Source: Octopus sinensis
Lineage: Eukaryota
Direction: 5' to 3'
Length of the DNA: 64,000 nt
Assembly: GCF_006345805.1 (NCBI RefSeq)
Contig: NC_043015.1
Span: forward strand, 20,274,001-20,338,000
This document shows, piece after piece, positions 1-11,959 of the stretch. The notes beneath the pieces were generated by a model. The model was given only the letters and a program-made list of their open reading frames with translations. It was not told the DNA's origin and ran no database searches. The translations under genes were made by a program, and so were the position numbers. Numbering within the stretch: position 1 is the first letter of the stretch; the number at the start of each line of letters is the position of its first letter.

Positions 1-230
1 AACACGCGTTCTCACGACTTCTCCGCCATGTCTGGCTTCTATCACAGACAGACTGAAAAAGAGCGAAACTTTTCTTCTGACTCGCCAACGTGACGTCATC
101 TCTCTCCCTTTCCGGTCTTCCTTCCACCATAGAGGATAACTGGAGAGTAGGTTAGCCGTAGAAGATATCTTGGAGATTATTTACATTATTCACATTTGAC
201 GTATGTTTGTCCTCACCTTGTTTGTTGTTA

Positions 231-274
231 ACACAACGTTTCGGCTGATATACTCTCCTGCCTTCATCAGGTGT
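231..274 (-). ncRNA. minimal type-I hammerhead ribozyme motif (stem II has one A-A mismatch)
   Basis: Minus strand ACAC-CTGATGA-A-GGCAG-gagagtatat-CAGCC-GAAA-CG-T-T-GTGT. Confidence 0.55.
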
Positions 275-322
275 CTTGGGGAATTTTTAAACCTGGGTTC
301 TCATTCCTTAAGTACTTTTCGA

Positions 323-398
323 TATCATCATGATCATGATCATGATCATGATCATGATCATGATCATGATCATGATCATCATATCATCATCATCATCA

Positions 399-435
<37 letters not shown>

Positions 436-448
436 CATTATTATCATT
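323..448. repeat. compound microsatellite (ATCATG)n-(ATC)n-(ATT)n inside SINE
   Basis: Direct reading; source of the poly-HD/I/L ORFs at 203-572. Confidence 0.95.
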
Positions 449-538
449 CAGGTCACTGCCTGTAATCGAACTCGGAATCTTGGGGTTAGTAGCCCGCGCT
501 CTTAACCTCTACGCCATATACTCGTGGTTAAGAGCGCC

Positions 539-801
539 ATATGGCATAGTGGTTAAGATCGCGGGCTACTAACACCAAGATTCCGAGTTCGATTCCAGGC
601 AGTGACCTGAATAATAATAATAATGACATCGGAAAATACCTTAGAAATGAGAATCCCGGTTCGAAATTTCCGCAAGACACCTGATGAAGGCTGGAAAGTA
701 TATCAGCCGAAACGTTGTGTTAACAACAAACAAGATGAGGACAAATATCGTCAAATGTAAATAATGTAAATAATTCCTCATCTCTAAAATATAGAACTGT
801 A
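539..801 (+). mobile_element. tRNA-headed SINE with Penelope-type hammerhead tail (family H), apparently full length
   Basis: ATATGGCATAGTGGTTAAG (A box) ... GAGTTCGATTCC (B box), short (AAT)n, tail ending AATATAGAACTGTA; no TTTT Pol III terminator in the body. Confidence 0.88.
677..720 (+). ncRNA. minimal type-I hammerhead ribozyme motif, intact core
   Basis: Stem I ACAC(677-680)/GTGT(717-720); core CTGATGA 681-687; extra A 688; stem II GGCTG(689-693)/CAGCC(704-708); GAAA 709-712; palindromic ACGT in place of stem III; predicted cleavage after U716. Confidence 0.7.
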
Positions 802-1520
802 ATATCTTGGAGAGTGGGCTAACTGTGGAGTGTATTTCCTCGTATGAGCCCAATTTCTTCTATTTATATATATATATATATGGATGCATGACTGGGTGTG
901 CGCGACTATGTGTTTGTGTGTGTGTGCAAATCTGTGGGTGATATGCGTGGGTGTATGTGTGTGTGTGGGTATGCATGTAGCGCGTGCGCGTGTGGTGTGT
1001 GTATGTGTGTGTGTGTCTGCAGTGTGGGCTAGCCATGGAGATCTCGGTAAAGTGCTTCTCTGGTTTACAATTCCGTCATATGCTCCAGAGACTCGTAAAA
1101 TTTTACGCACAAACATTATTGCATTCATATATTCATGTCCTCAGATAAGCTTTGTCTTTACTCATTTCTTTACACTCAATCAAATACACACACGCACAAC
1201 TATTCGCTTAAAAAAATACAGAAACGAACACACACACATTTTAACATAGACCGTTACACGCAAACACACATTCATATACATATTGTCGTGACTCTTTCAT
1301 ATCTCACCAAACCCCACATTTTCACACACACACACACACTATATATATATATATATATATATATCTCCGCACATACTATTATATAGATATACACACGCAC
1401 TTACATGTCAACACATACGTAACCTTACATACACACACTATATATAAATATATATGTATATACGCACATACAGTTATGTAGATATATACACGCACTCACA
1501 TATATCGATACATTACGTAG

Positions 1521-1564
<44 letters not shown>

Positions 1565-1575
1565 GCACACACACT

Positions 1576-1760
1576 ATGTATGTATGTATGTATGTATGTA
1601 TGTATGTATGTATGTATGTATCTATCTCTCTCTATATATATATTTATGTATGTATGTATGTACATATGTATGTATGTATGAATGTATGTATGTATGTATG
1701 TATGTATGTATGTATGTATGTATGTATGTATGTATGTATCTATCTATCTATCTATCTATA
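1576..1760. repeat. (TATG)n/(TATC)n microsatellite
   Basis: Direct reading. Confidence 0.95.
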
Positions 1761-2389
1761 TACATACCTAACTGTATGTGCATATATATATATCTGCACA
1801 TACAGTTATATAGATATACACACGCACTCACTCAGACAAACAGACACGCGCGCGCGCGTTTACTTTGTGTTTTGCTTATGAGAACGCCTTAGACGATGAC
1901 GTTGGGAGATTGGGAGATGACTTCCGGCATCGGCATTTGATGTCGGAATCCTTTGATATTGTCGAAACACTTCAAAGGGAATTGATTATTTCAGCTCAGA
2001 TACTTAACGCTCAGATGTCTCAGGTATAAAACAGATAGTAAAACACTAATATCAGACAAAACTAGTGATGTACCGTATGATAGCTGTGCATGCGTGCGTG
2101 TCTGTTATTGACACACACATGCACACGAATCCTTTGTCTTCGGTTTTTACATTACTGACATATGAAATTAGTCTAGAATCTCTGTGTTCGAAGCATTGAA
2201 TAAGCACACACATACAAGCACATGCATACATACCCACGTACGCACATACACCAACACACTCGTAAACACACATACACACAGTATCGCGCACCCCACACAT
2301 AAATAGAAGAAATTGGGCACATATGATGAAAGTATATATAACATAAGAAACAAATAGAAAAACATTCTTTCATCAGCTGTCTTTTGGAG

Positions 2390-2620
2390 ATCATTGTGGT
2401 TTCGAAGCCTTAAGACAGCATCGTTAGCCCAATGCTGTCATCAACTACCAGAAAGGGGTGTTAGGGAGTATTATGATAGAGACGAAATATACAGGATACA
2501 AAATAACGATATATATAAGTTTTTGAGATTGGGACGGAAAAACGAAAAGCATCGCTATTTTTCGATTAAACAAAAGAGTAGAAGACAATTGTGTACCAGA
2601 ACAACATTGCAAAAATGAGG
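2390..2620 (+). mobile_element. possible decayed R4/Dong-like RT fragment
   Basis: ORF segment EIYRIQNNDIYKFLRLGRKNEK resembles the YKFLG thumb region of RLE-type non-LTR RTs; weak, single motif. Confidence 0.25.
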
Positions 2621-2994
2621 AATAATAAAATTAGTTGCGTGAACAATATTCGTTCAACAGAAGGAAGAGATAAAGCAGATTCTGAAGACGGTGCTTTCTC
2701 GAAGAGAACTCAGGTCGAAGACAAAGGATAATAGATCGGATTGACAGTAGGAAATGAAGTGGGAGAATTGCATTATGGGAAAAGAAAGGAACAGAGATAG
2801 AGGAGAGAGGGAGAGAGAGAGAGAGGAGAAAGGAAGACAGAGGAGAGATATATAAGAGCATTTATTTGCTGTCAGTGAACGTTACTTGTCTGATGATTGC
2901 ATAATCGACGTACGAAACCCAAATTATAATGTTTTTTGTATATACACTCGTATATATATATGTATATATATATATATATTATATATATATATAT

Positions 2995-3040
<46 letters not shown>

Positions 3041-3375
3041 GTGTGGTGTGTATTTCCTTCTACTTCTCTGTATCGTAATCTCCCTTTTAGGTTCATGGTA
3101 CCAAGCTTAGAAGATAAGTGATGAGGTGATCGAGCGTGTGCAGGTACGTCGTCCTCTCCCATTTTTCTATATGTTCCTCAGTCATCCTCCTGTCTCCCTC
3201 TAAGCATGTGTGTTTACACCCCACCCAAACGCCTCATACATCCAAACACATCTTCCCTCTCCCTCCCCCCTCTCTCCGTTCCTTTCTTTTTCCAGAATGT
3301 AATTCTTCCTATTATCATTTTCGTTCGAGTAAACCCTTCCATGCTCTGCCTCCTGTGCAATGACTGAAACGATAT

Positions 3376-3443
<68 letters not shown>

Positions 3444-4910
3444 ACACACACACACGTACACGCACACACACACAATGAATGTAATTATATAACATCCTAT
3501 TATATAACACTATACATCATTCATTCATTGCACCCCACCCAAAAAAAAAAAAAAAAACCGCAATCCACTGGTCCGTTCAAATTCTCCAGAGACAGAGAAA
3601 CAATCAAGCTACCGTTATTATCACCTGGTGTTGTTATATTTGATTTGCAAAACTCGCCTTGTTATTATCCCTCTACTTTCTTTCCACCTCACTGCAGTTT
3701 TTTTTCTTTATCCATTATATTCTACTTCGATTTATATTCTCTTGTCTCCCACCTCACCGCCGCCATTCTTTTCCATTCAATTGTCGTTTGTTATTCCTTC
3801 ATTCTCCTTGTCGCTATCATATTTTATTAATTCTCTTTCATATTTATTCAACCGCTTAACAAAACACACACTAACACGCCATTTGCCTTTTACACCTGCT
3901 GTTTTCATTTCTGAAACACATCTCTCCGCTGCTGCCTATCGTTGCCTCTCTCGCCTTTTCTCTTTCTAATTCTGCCTATCAATTTATCTCTGTATCCACT
4001 AATCGATTCAGATCAATTGATTTGTTTGTCGGTCCTCTTGTCCTTGACCGGTTTCTGTCTGTTTGTCTGTCGGTCTGTCATTTTTGTCTGTCACTATATT
4101 CCATCAGTCCGTCTTTGTGTGTGTGCATGCGCGCGCGTGCGTATGAATATATACACACAGATAACATATCTGTGTATATGCACTTAAATATACGCATGTG
4201 TGTACATGTGCTTTTTGTGTATGTGTGCGTTTGTGCGAATGCATGTACGTTTCTGCAAATGTATATATATGTACGTATACCTCTGTATGTGTGTGTATAT
4301 ATGTAGATATTTTTATGTACCTATATATGTATCACTTGCATATTTATATGTGTATGTGCATATGTGCATATTCATATATATATATATATATAATATATAT
4401 ATATATATATGTATGTGTGGTGTGTGTGTGTGTGTGTGTGTATAAAAGCAGGTTGATATCGGTGTTCCACCAAAACTGAATTTTCAAATTCAATTCCAAG
4501 AAGGAAATTAATTTCAATTGTAGAAAGATAAGAGGTAAGAAAAACGGTGAGAAAGTTTAGTGAAGAGCGAATTTTAATTAACGCTAAATTACGAACAGCG
4601 ATCACTAAGAAATAGGTAGGGAGAGGCTGCGCTAAGTATGCGCGCGCGCGCGCGTGTGTGAAGGCGACTTACCAAACACTAATAAAAACCAATTTCTGTC
4701 TGTTCCCAAGCGATTAAAACCTTATTTATGGCGTGTATGTGAATGATAAACTTTTTTTGTATCTTTCTAAGTACGAATGATACCTGCTTTAGTGAGCAGA
4801 CGTACGTGTACACATACACACACACAGACATGCACCTGTATGTATGTGTGTGACTGTATATGTATGTAGTTGTACATGTATGTATATGCCTATGTAATGT
4901 ATGAGTGTGT

Positions 4911-4964
<54 letters not shown>

Positions 4965-5513
4965 TATTCCCATATATAGATAAGCATTCATTGATCAACA
5001 GCAATATGTGGGAAAGATTTACTATAACCATTGAAATCTGTTCGGTAGAATTTTCTTTATCCATTAACACAGATACAATGCGAACAAAACCACTCATACG
5101 ACTTCAGTATTTAGATAAATTCTTTGACCCACATTAGCACAATTCTTATCTATGGTGATGCCATAACACATTCGATGTCATTTATCTTAAGAGCTATTTA
5201 CGTTTGTTATGCAATCTCTGACGATTTGATAATGTGATCCTGTTTATAGGTTTTTTTCCTTATTCCCATAAGTAATACGGCAATTAACGAAACCTGTGGA
5301 AGATGGCGTAATTAAACAATTTATGAACCGACACTCCGTTTTTTGTTTCTTATATTTACTTTGTTCTTATGGAGACTATTGAAAGGAAACAGAGGAAAAT
5401 ACACAAGTTATTTATGCAGTTTTCTCTTTCGATTTATGAAAAAATGAAATTCTAAAAACTTGTCACATATCATACAATTTCATTCTACTATACGATTATA
5501 CATGCGTGCATTC

Positions 5514-5577
<64 letters not shown>

Positions 5578-5654
5578 CTGAAATTATGTATGTATATTCG
5601 GATGTATATGTATATACATGTCTGTATATATGTATATGTATGTTGTCTTATTAT

Positions 5655-6550
5655 TTCATGTGTTTCAGCCCGAAGACTGTGGTCATGTAGAGGTACCGTC
5701 ATTATTATCACCTTTTCAATCGCCTCATGTGGCTGAAGTTTAATATTGCTGTCCTCTTTTGAGTTTCTTGCCGCGATTTTGGTTCATCTGGAATGTGATA
5801 CAACAGATGGTCAAGGTGCTTTTTGAAAACATCTTCCCCCATTCCATGTCGAAATACCAGGCGTTTTGGCAGGATATTAAATAGCTGCGGGCCCTTGAAT
5901 CTCAAATTATTGCAGTACCTGGTCCTTACTCTAGACATGGTAGGTGGGATCTTCGGAACAATGCAGTGGCTCCTGTTTAGGGATTGGTGTAACTCCCGAT
6001 ATCGAAGTTTGATACCAGCTCCTCAAGGGAGTTGAGTCGTAATTCTTTCAGCCTCTCCCAGTAGCTCAACTGTTTCATTGATGCAATCTTATTGGTGTAG
6101 CACTATGTGATGACCATAGTTGAGAGCAATAGTCCAGACGTCTGAGGATAAATGTCCTTCATACGACTAGCTACAATTTCCCGGCCCCTTGTTCTGAAAG
6201 TTCCCAGAATCCATCTAGCCTTTCGCCCGCACACTGCTACCATCTTGGTGATATGTAAATGAAACAAAACAGCGTTGCTCTTATCAATCCTCAGGTCACG
6301 TACTGTGTTTGATTCTGGGATTTCCGCTCCTTTTGGTCCAAAGTATCCTTGTTGCTGAGTGTTGTAAAAGGTGAGTGACAGCGGAGAACTTGGGAATTTT
6401 CCTGCATTAAATTGCATCCTTTCTCCATACTCTTTGCACATGGCAGCTAAATCTTTCTGTAGACAATAAACATCGAGAGGATACTTGACTGCTCGTGCTA
6501 CTTTTGTATCGTCGACATTGCTAGTATGAATTGCTGCTTGTGTAACTGAT
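5655..6550 (-). mobile_element. 5'-truncated, decayed CR1/L2-type LINE (RT C-terminus and 3' end)
   Basis: Minus strand encodes ...NVDDTKVARAV (degenerate YADD) ...QKDLAAM...MQFNAGKF...ARWILGTFRTRGREI... and RTRYCNNLRFKGPQLFNILPK...FKKHLD...IPDEP; frameshifts and stops present. Confidence 0.85.
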
Positions 6551-6650
6551 GTGTGTGTGTGTATATACGCATATATATATGTATATATATGCGTATATAT
6601 ATTTATGTATATATGAATATGTAATTGTGTGTGTGTGAGTATATATATAT

Positions 6651-6743
<93 letters not shown>

Positions 6744-7014
6744 CAACATATTTCTATTGACTATTTAGCCGGAAACTAAAATGAAAGTAATATATTTTCT
6801 TTATTTACGTTTCCAGGTGGAATCCATTTTCATAGCGCTAAAGACTATTGTCTATAGTAATACAATATCAGTGTATCTTTTCAAATACGCCTCTGGTATT
6901 GATATAACATACATGTAAATGGTCTTTATTATCAAGTGGCAATTATTTTAAAGTGATATAAGGCATCGAGAAAAATGGAAAAAATGCATGAAAGCAAATT
7001 AATATTTTTTTTCT

Positions 7015-7185
7015 AATTTTGGCACAAGGGAAGGGGCGAGTCAGAGACATCGACCCCAGTACATGACTGGAACTTGTGTTTTATCGACTCCTTAAGAATG
7101 AAAGGAGAAAGTCGACCTCAGAACATCACAAATCGGAAGAAATGCTGTTATGAACATCGTCCAACGTTCTAACGATTCTGCCAAG
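7015..7185 (-). mobile_element. tRNA-derived SINE family B (decayed)
   Basis: Contains CGACCCCAGT...CTGG...TTTTATCGAC...GAATGAAAGG..AAAGTCGACCTC, the reverse complement of the family-B core. Confidence 0.7.
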
Positions 7186-7439
7186 AATCTAAGACTGCAT
7201 GCCACATGCATATGTACAGACATGCATAAATGCATGCATGCACACATGTGAACAGTTGCATGATCAGCGTAGGACATTCTTCCTTGAATATTTTTTGCAT
7301 TCTTTCTCCGACATTAACGTCATAATTAGCAGCCTTTTGAAATAAGTGGTCATTCTTCTAATCATTTTTACTAAAGTAACCGTTTTTCATCAAAATCGTA
7401 GGGATATCCACCTCAAATATAAGCCTACCATTCTCTGGA

Positions 7440-8420
7440 ATCTAGTACAAACAATATGGCTAGAATGAAAATATTTCCTATGACGGAACCTGTAACAAGG
7501 ATCGTGTAAACAGAGAATATTTGACCAAGATGAAGAAAACATAATCCTCGGAACTTTGCGCATGCAATGAATGCTCAGAATGTATTTGCTGCCCCAACAC
7601 TCATACCAATATTTGGGATTCTCGATTGGACGCAAGATGAGACTATTGATGTTAATATCCGGAAATTGTTAATCTGTGATAGGAATTTCTACATCAATAT
7701 TGATGTAGACCACCTTTATTTAAAGCGGAAACGAAAGGCGGCAGAGGCTTAAACATCAATCTACGTTTGGATATCGTATCATATCTCTTCCACAGCATAT
7801 TTTAACCACTTAATGCTGAAGTTCTGCCATGGATTAAGTCTGAAAACGCGAAACCGATGACGTCATGAGAGTTAGAAAGAGGTTTTTCAGAAAGTATTTC
7901 CCGAGTGATGATCTGAGATACATATTCAGAGAAGCTGCACATCTCTTTTACGACGGGTTATCGGGAGAGGCTGCATACATAACAGTGAAAGGCCATCTAT
8001 AGCTATATACGCAGAAAGTTTCAAAATGGCAGCAAAAAAGACTAACAAAGGAATATTAGCTCTCATTTTGAAGGATATGCTGTTGCAATACAGGAACAAG
8101 AAACGGCAACAAAATAGCTGATCCGCAAAAGAGATAGTAATGCAAGGGAACCATCTAGATGCGACAACCGATTCAGGCTCTGTAGATTTACGCTGAAGAT
8201 GTCGCCCACATGATAAGTAGATGCCTGAAAATGTCATCACGGTCTATAACCTACCTATGAGTCACGATGTCTTGGCTGAACATTATAAGATGAAATCTGT
8301 AGAAAGAATAAACACGAGGAGACGAATATAAGAAGCTACTGTAATGTGGAGTGCCTAACCACACAAAGTATGGAACATACTAACGAAATATCTCTGTCAA
8401 GTCTTCAATAAAATGCATTT
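7440..8420 (+). mobile_element. decayed R4/Dong-like (restriction-like endonuclease) non-LTR retrotransposon fragment
   Basis: Frameshifted peptides NENISYDGTCNKDRVNREYL; NVFAAPTLIPIFGILDWT...DVDHLYLKRK; SHFEGYAVAIQEQETATK...RCDNRFRLC...HDVLA match the RT thumb, LYxxRKxGGRGL and CCHC regions of R4/Dong ORFs. Confidence 0.75.
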
Positions 8421-8751
8421 GGCTTGTAGTACTCGTACCAGACCAATATAAATTTAAAGGACAAAATAATGGGACCGGCTCTGCTCAAAACATGTGCACT
8501 GAAATGTCCAGCGTGCAGGTTATTCAGCAAACCATGGCATTAATACCTTCACACTTTCTTCCAATAGCGATTGGGGAAGCGGCGTCGGGGATAGATAGAA
8601 GGTGAAGTCTTCAGCCTTGACCTTGCATTCGGGCGGCCATAAGGTGGTGGTCGATTTTCACAGATCTGGGGCAGATGAGGATTTCGTTTGTCTTGCTGGA
8701 ACTACATTCGTTTAATCGATGAGAGAGTGTAACGGTAACCAATCAATCTCC

Positions 8752-8880
8752 ACCCATCCATCCATCCATCCACCCATCCATCCATCCATCCATCCATCCA
8801 TCCATCAATCCACCCATCCATCCATCCATCCATCCATCCATCCATCCATCCATCCATCCATCCATCCATCCATCCATCTA
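8752..8880. repeat. (CCAT)n microsatellite
   Basis: Direct reading. Confidence 0.95.
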
Positions 8881-9264
8881 TCTCTGTCTCTCTAGTGTAT
8901 GTAACTTGTAGCTACTCTCGTGACGTTGGTTGGTTTACTGTTCACGAAGTTGTCTTTTCTCCTTCTCCTCTCTTAGCATCGATATTAACAGAGTTAAATA
9001 AAAGATAGTTTAAAGGTTTTTCAATGTATCAATTGATTATTAGTATTGGGACTTGTAGAAACTAGTATTAAAGTAAAGAGATGTGACATATTTAAGGAAT
9101 GGATCATCGCTGTTAATCGATGTGTGTAAGTGATTTAGCTCCTCAAATTAGCTGTCTCTTTCCCCCTCTCTCTCTCTACTCCACCCCGGGTAAATATCGA
9201 ACACTGAGAATGAGTGCTCAACACGGCATTGGTGTTGTAAATTAACGCTTAGTATACAAACAAT

Positions 9265-9306
<42 letters not shown>

Positions 9307-9394
9307 CAACAATAGTTATTTTTAAACTTTATGTATTTCTATCTTGTCTACATCTTCCTTCCTGTCCTTTTCTCCATTCATCCAAATTGTCAAG

Positions 9395-9488
9395 CCAACC
9401 AACCAACCAACCAACCGACCGACCAACCAACCAACCGACCAACCAACCAACCAACCAACCAACCAACCAACCAGCCAACCAGCCAACA
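9395..9488. repeat. (AACC)n microsatellite
   Basis: Direct reading. Confidence 0.95.
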
Positions 9489-9989
9489 AGCTTTATTGTA
9501 TTTTTATATCTATTCAGCGACTGATTTTATCACATCAGTCAAACTTACCACTTTTAACATGGCTATAGAATCGCTCTTGTCAAACGACATCAATTCTTGA
9601 TCAATAGCAAATTTAATTGACAGCCGACTCAACTAAAAAAAAACATTTTAGAAAAAAAAACACCCCTCTTTTTCTTTTCAATGTCTTACAATATCAGAGA
9701 TCGATAACCTGATTGTCGATCATAAAATAGATATTTTATGCACGTTTTCCTTTTCATTTCCTAAGTACAGCGTAGTTTTCTTTTTTCCTTAAAGCATCAG
9801 CTGTTGTCTGTTTATACATGAATTCTGTAGTTACGCCAGTGTTAACGTTTTTAATGGAGTAAACTTAAAGAAAATAAACAAAAATCTCGTGAAAATAATT
9901 ACAGTTGTCCTTCGATCTGTGCGGTATTCGATCTGTGCGGTAATTGGCTTATTAACAGGAATTAATAGTCTCTCTTCATTCTTTTGCGC

Positions 9990-10990
9990 CATATGGACTC
10001 AACTCACTACCTCTCTTCATCTGGCACCAACCCCACACGGATTCCCACACACCTCCCCAGTTCAGCTGCCCCTCCACCTACATACCTGCATACCGCCTAC
10101 CTCGGTACCCTCACCACGCACACACACCACTATACAAACACTCACACACACTGTTCAACTCATTACTCACTTCACACACCTTTACACGCACACGTACAAA
10201 CACCTTCCCACTCCACATACACTAGCACCCAACACTTCTCAACACCCACAACACACATCACTATCCATACACCAACACAAATCTTCAATAGCGTCACCGC
10301 ACATACCACTATACGAGCAGCCACATACACTGTTTAATTCATTACACACACCACACACCATCAGGCACACTCCCACACAAGCGCATAATACCGGAACTCA
10401 GACACTTTACACACACACTGCATAAACACACGCATCACGCATAAACAAAGATAACTTTCGCACACAAACATACACTATACACATGCACACTATTTGGTCA
10501 CACACACACACATACATGTGCACACACCACCTGAACAAGCACACATCAACTGCTACACACAACACACATATACGTTAGCCCCATACATGTACATACAGCC
10601 ATACACATACTCACACATACCCATACACATACACATATACACACGTCCACACGCGCGCTCACGCCAACACATATACTCGCCCGCGCACACGTACTCACTC
10701 ACCCCCATTCACACATACACACTCACACACACCATCCTCTCTCTCATTCACACGCTTGCGCACCTTAGTTCGTTGGGGATCACCGCTACCAGTATTATTT
10801 TCATTGTTATTTCTCTTTCATTCAGCTTCTGTTTTTCATTCAGTTCGCCATGTTGGACCGTTGAACTCTGCAACTTTTTTACTCTCTTCGGTTTTTCATT
10901 CTCTCTCCATTTCTCCCCTCCCCCACTTAATCCCTTCTGTCGAAGAGCGTAAGACCGAAACGTAAAAGACATTTCATTCACTATTTCCTA
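9990..10990 (+). mobile_element. non-coding repeat family E: CA-rich body plus Penelope-type hammerhead-like tail
   Basis: Anchors CTTGCGCACCTTAGTTCGTTGG, CCATGTTGGACCGTTGAACTCTGCA and GAAACGTAAAAGAC recur at 17345-17945 (-) and partly at 36170-36765 (+). Confidence 0.6.
10933..10968 (+). ncRNA. decayed hammerhead-like motif (core CTGTCGA, stem II damaged)
   Basis: CCTT-CTGTCGA-A-GAGCGTAAGACC-GAAA-CG-T-A-AAAG. Confidence 0.35.
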
Positions 10991-11471
10991 CACCGGAGGC
11001 GACGAATTTTAATTCTAGTCGATTGTTCCTGGAATGAATTTTCGTCTCACCCCACTATTTATTGCGTTTTTAACTTAGATCGTCTACAGAGGATGTTATC
11101 TCAGGGCGAATATCGCAGTAACTGGCCTATCATTAGAGTATATACAATTACACATAAATGCTCATTTTAATACTTGCACACACATCAAAGCAAAAGACTA
11201 GAAAAATTTGCTATATTTTTAATTCCATGTTAGACGTGTTTCATCAAAGAGAGGTGTTACAATGGTATACACGTAGAAAACATGTATAGAATCTTCTATC
11301 TGTAATTCTTCAAACAAAGATTAGAAAATAATACGAAATAACACTGGATGAAACTGCAATTTTCAAATGCTATTTAAATGCCTCATTTAATACACAGCGT
11401 CCATATACGTACATTTGGTTACTGTATACGTTCAAATGTGCTTCACAAGGACACAGGTTGGATTATAAACC

Positions 11472-11474
<3 letters not shown>

Positions 11475-11549
<75 letters not shown>

Positions 11550-11564
11550 TTCTCTCTTCTCTCT

Positions 11565-11595
<31 letters not shown>

Positions 11596-11614
11596 TTCTC
11601 TTCCTCTCTCTCTC

Positions 11615-11648
<34 letters not shown>

Positions 11649-11688
11649 TCTTTCTCTCCTCTCCTCTCTCTCTCTCTTCTTTCTCTCG

Positions 11689-11726
<38 letters not shown>

Positions 11727-11727
11727 C
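11475..11727. repeat. (CT)n microsatellite
   Basis: Direct reading; source of the poly-ER/LS ORFs. Confidence 0.95.
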
Positions 11728-11907
11728 ACACACACATATCAGAAAAGAGATGATTAAGGAATAAATGATTATTTTCGTAAGGTAATCAGTGATTCCTTGT
11801 CACCTTTCTGGTCTATGTACATCTCTATACTCAGTCAGCATTTCGTTCTGAACAATACATATATTGAGTCTACATCAGGGTATTGGTCTCGCAATGACTA
11901 AGTGATG

Positions 11908-11959
<52 letters not shown>

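Larger units (their letters stand above)
177..519 (-). mobile_element. tRNA-headed SINE with Penelope-type hammerhead tail (family H), internal (ATC/ATT)n expansion
   Basis: Reverse complement begins ATATGGCGTAGAGGTTAAGAGCGCGGGCTACTAACCCCAAGATTCCGAGTTCGATT (Pol III A- and B-box-like) and ends ...CTGATGAAGGCAGGAGAGTATATCAGCCGAAACGTTGTGTTAACAAC...AATAATGTAAATAA; homologous to 539-801 and 26086-26340. Confidence 0.85.

Noticed and set aside
541-605. SINE heads as genuine tRNA genes
   Set aside because: No complete acceptor stem and each continues into a shared repeat body; they are tRNA-derived Pol III promoters.
2884-2925. CTGATGA...GAAAC hammerhead-like spacing
   Set aside because: Stem II pairs poorly, there is no ACGT palindrome or stem III, and no stem I complement.
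3091-3143. Plus-strand segment with good acceptor (TCTCCCTTTTAG) and donor (CAG|GTACGT)
   Set aside because: Stops in all three frames; could only be a non-coding exon and there is no support.
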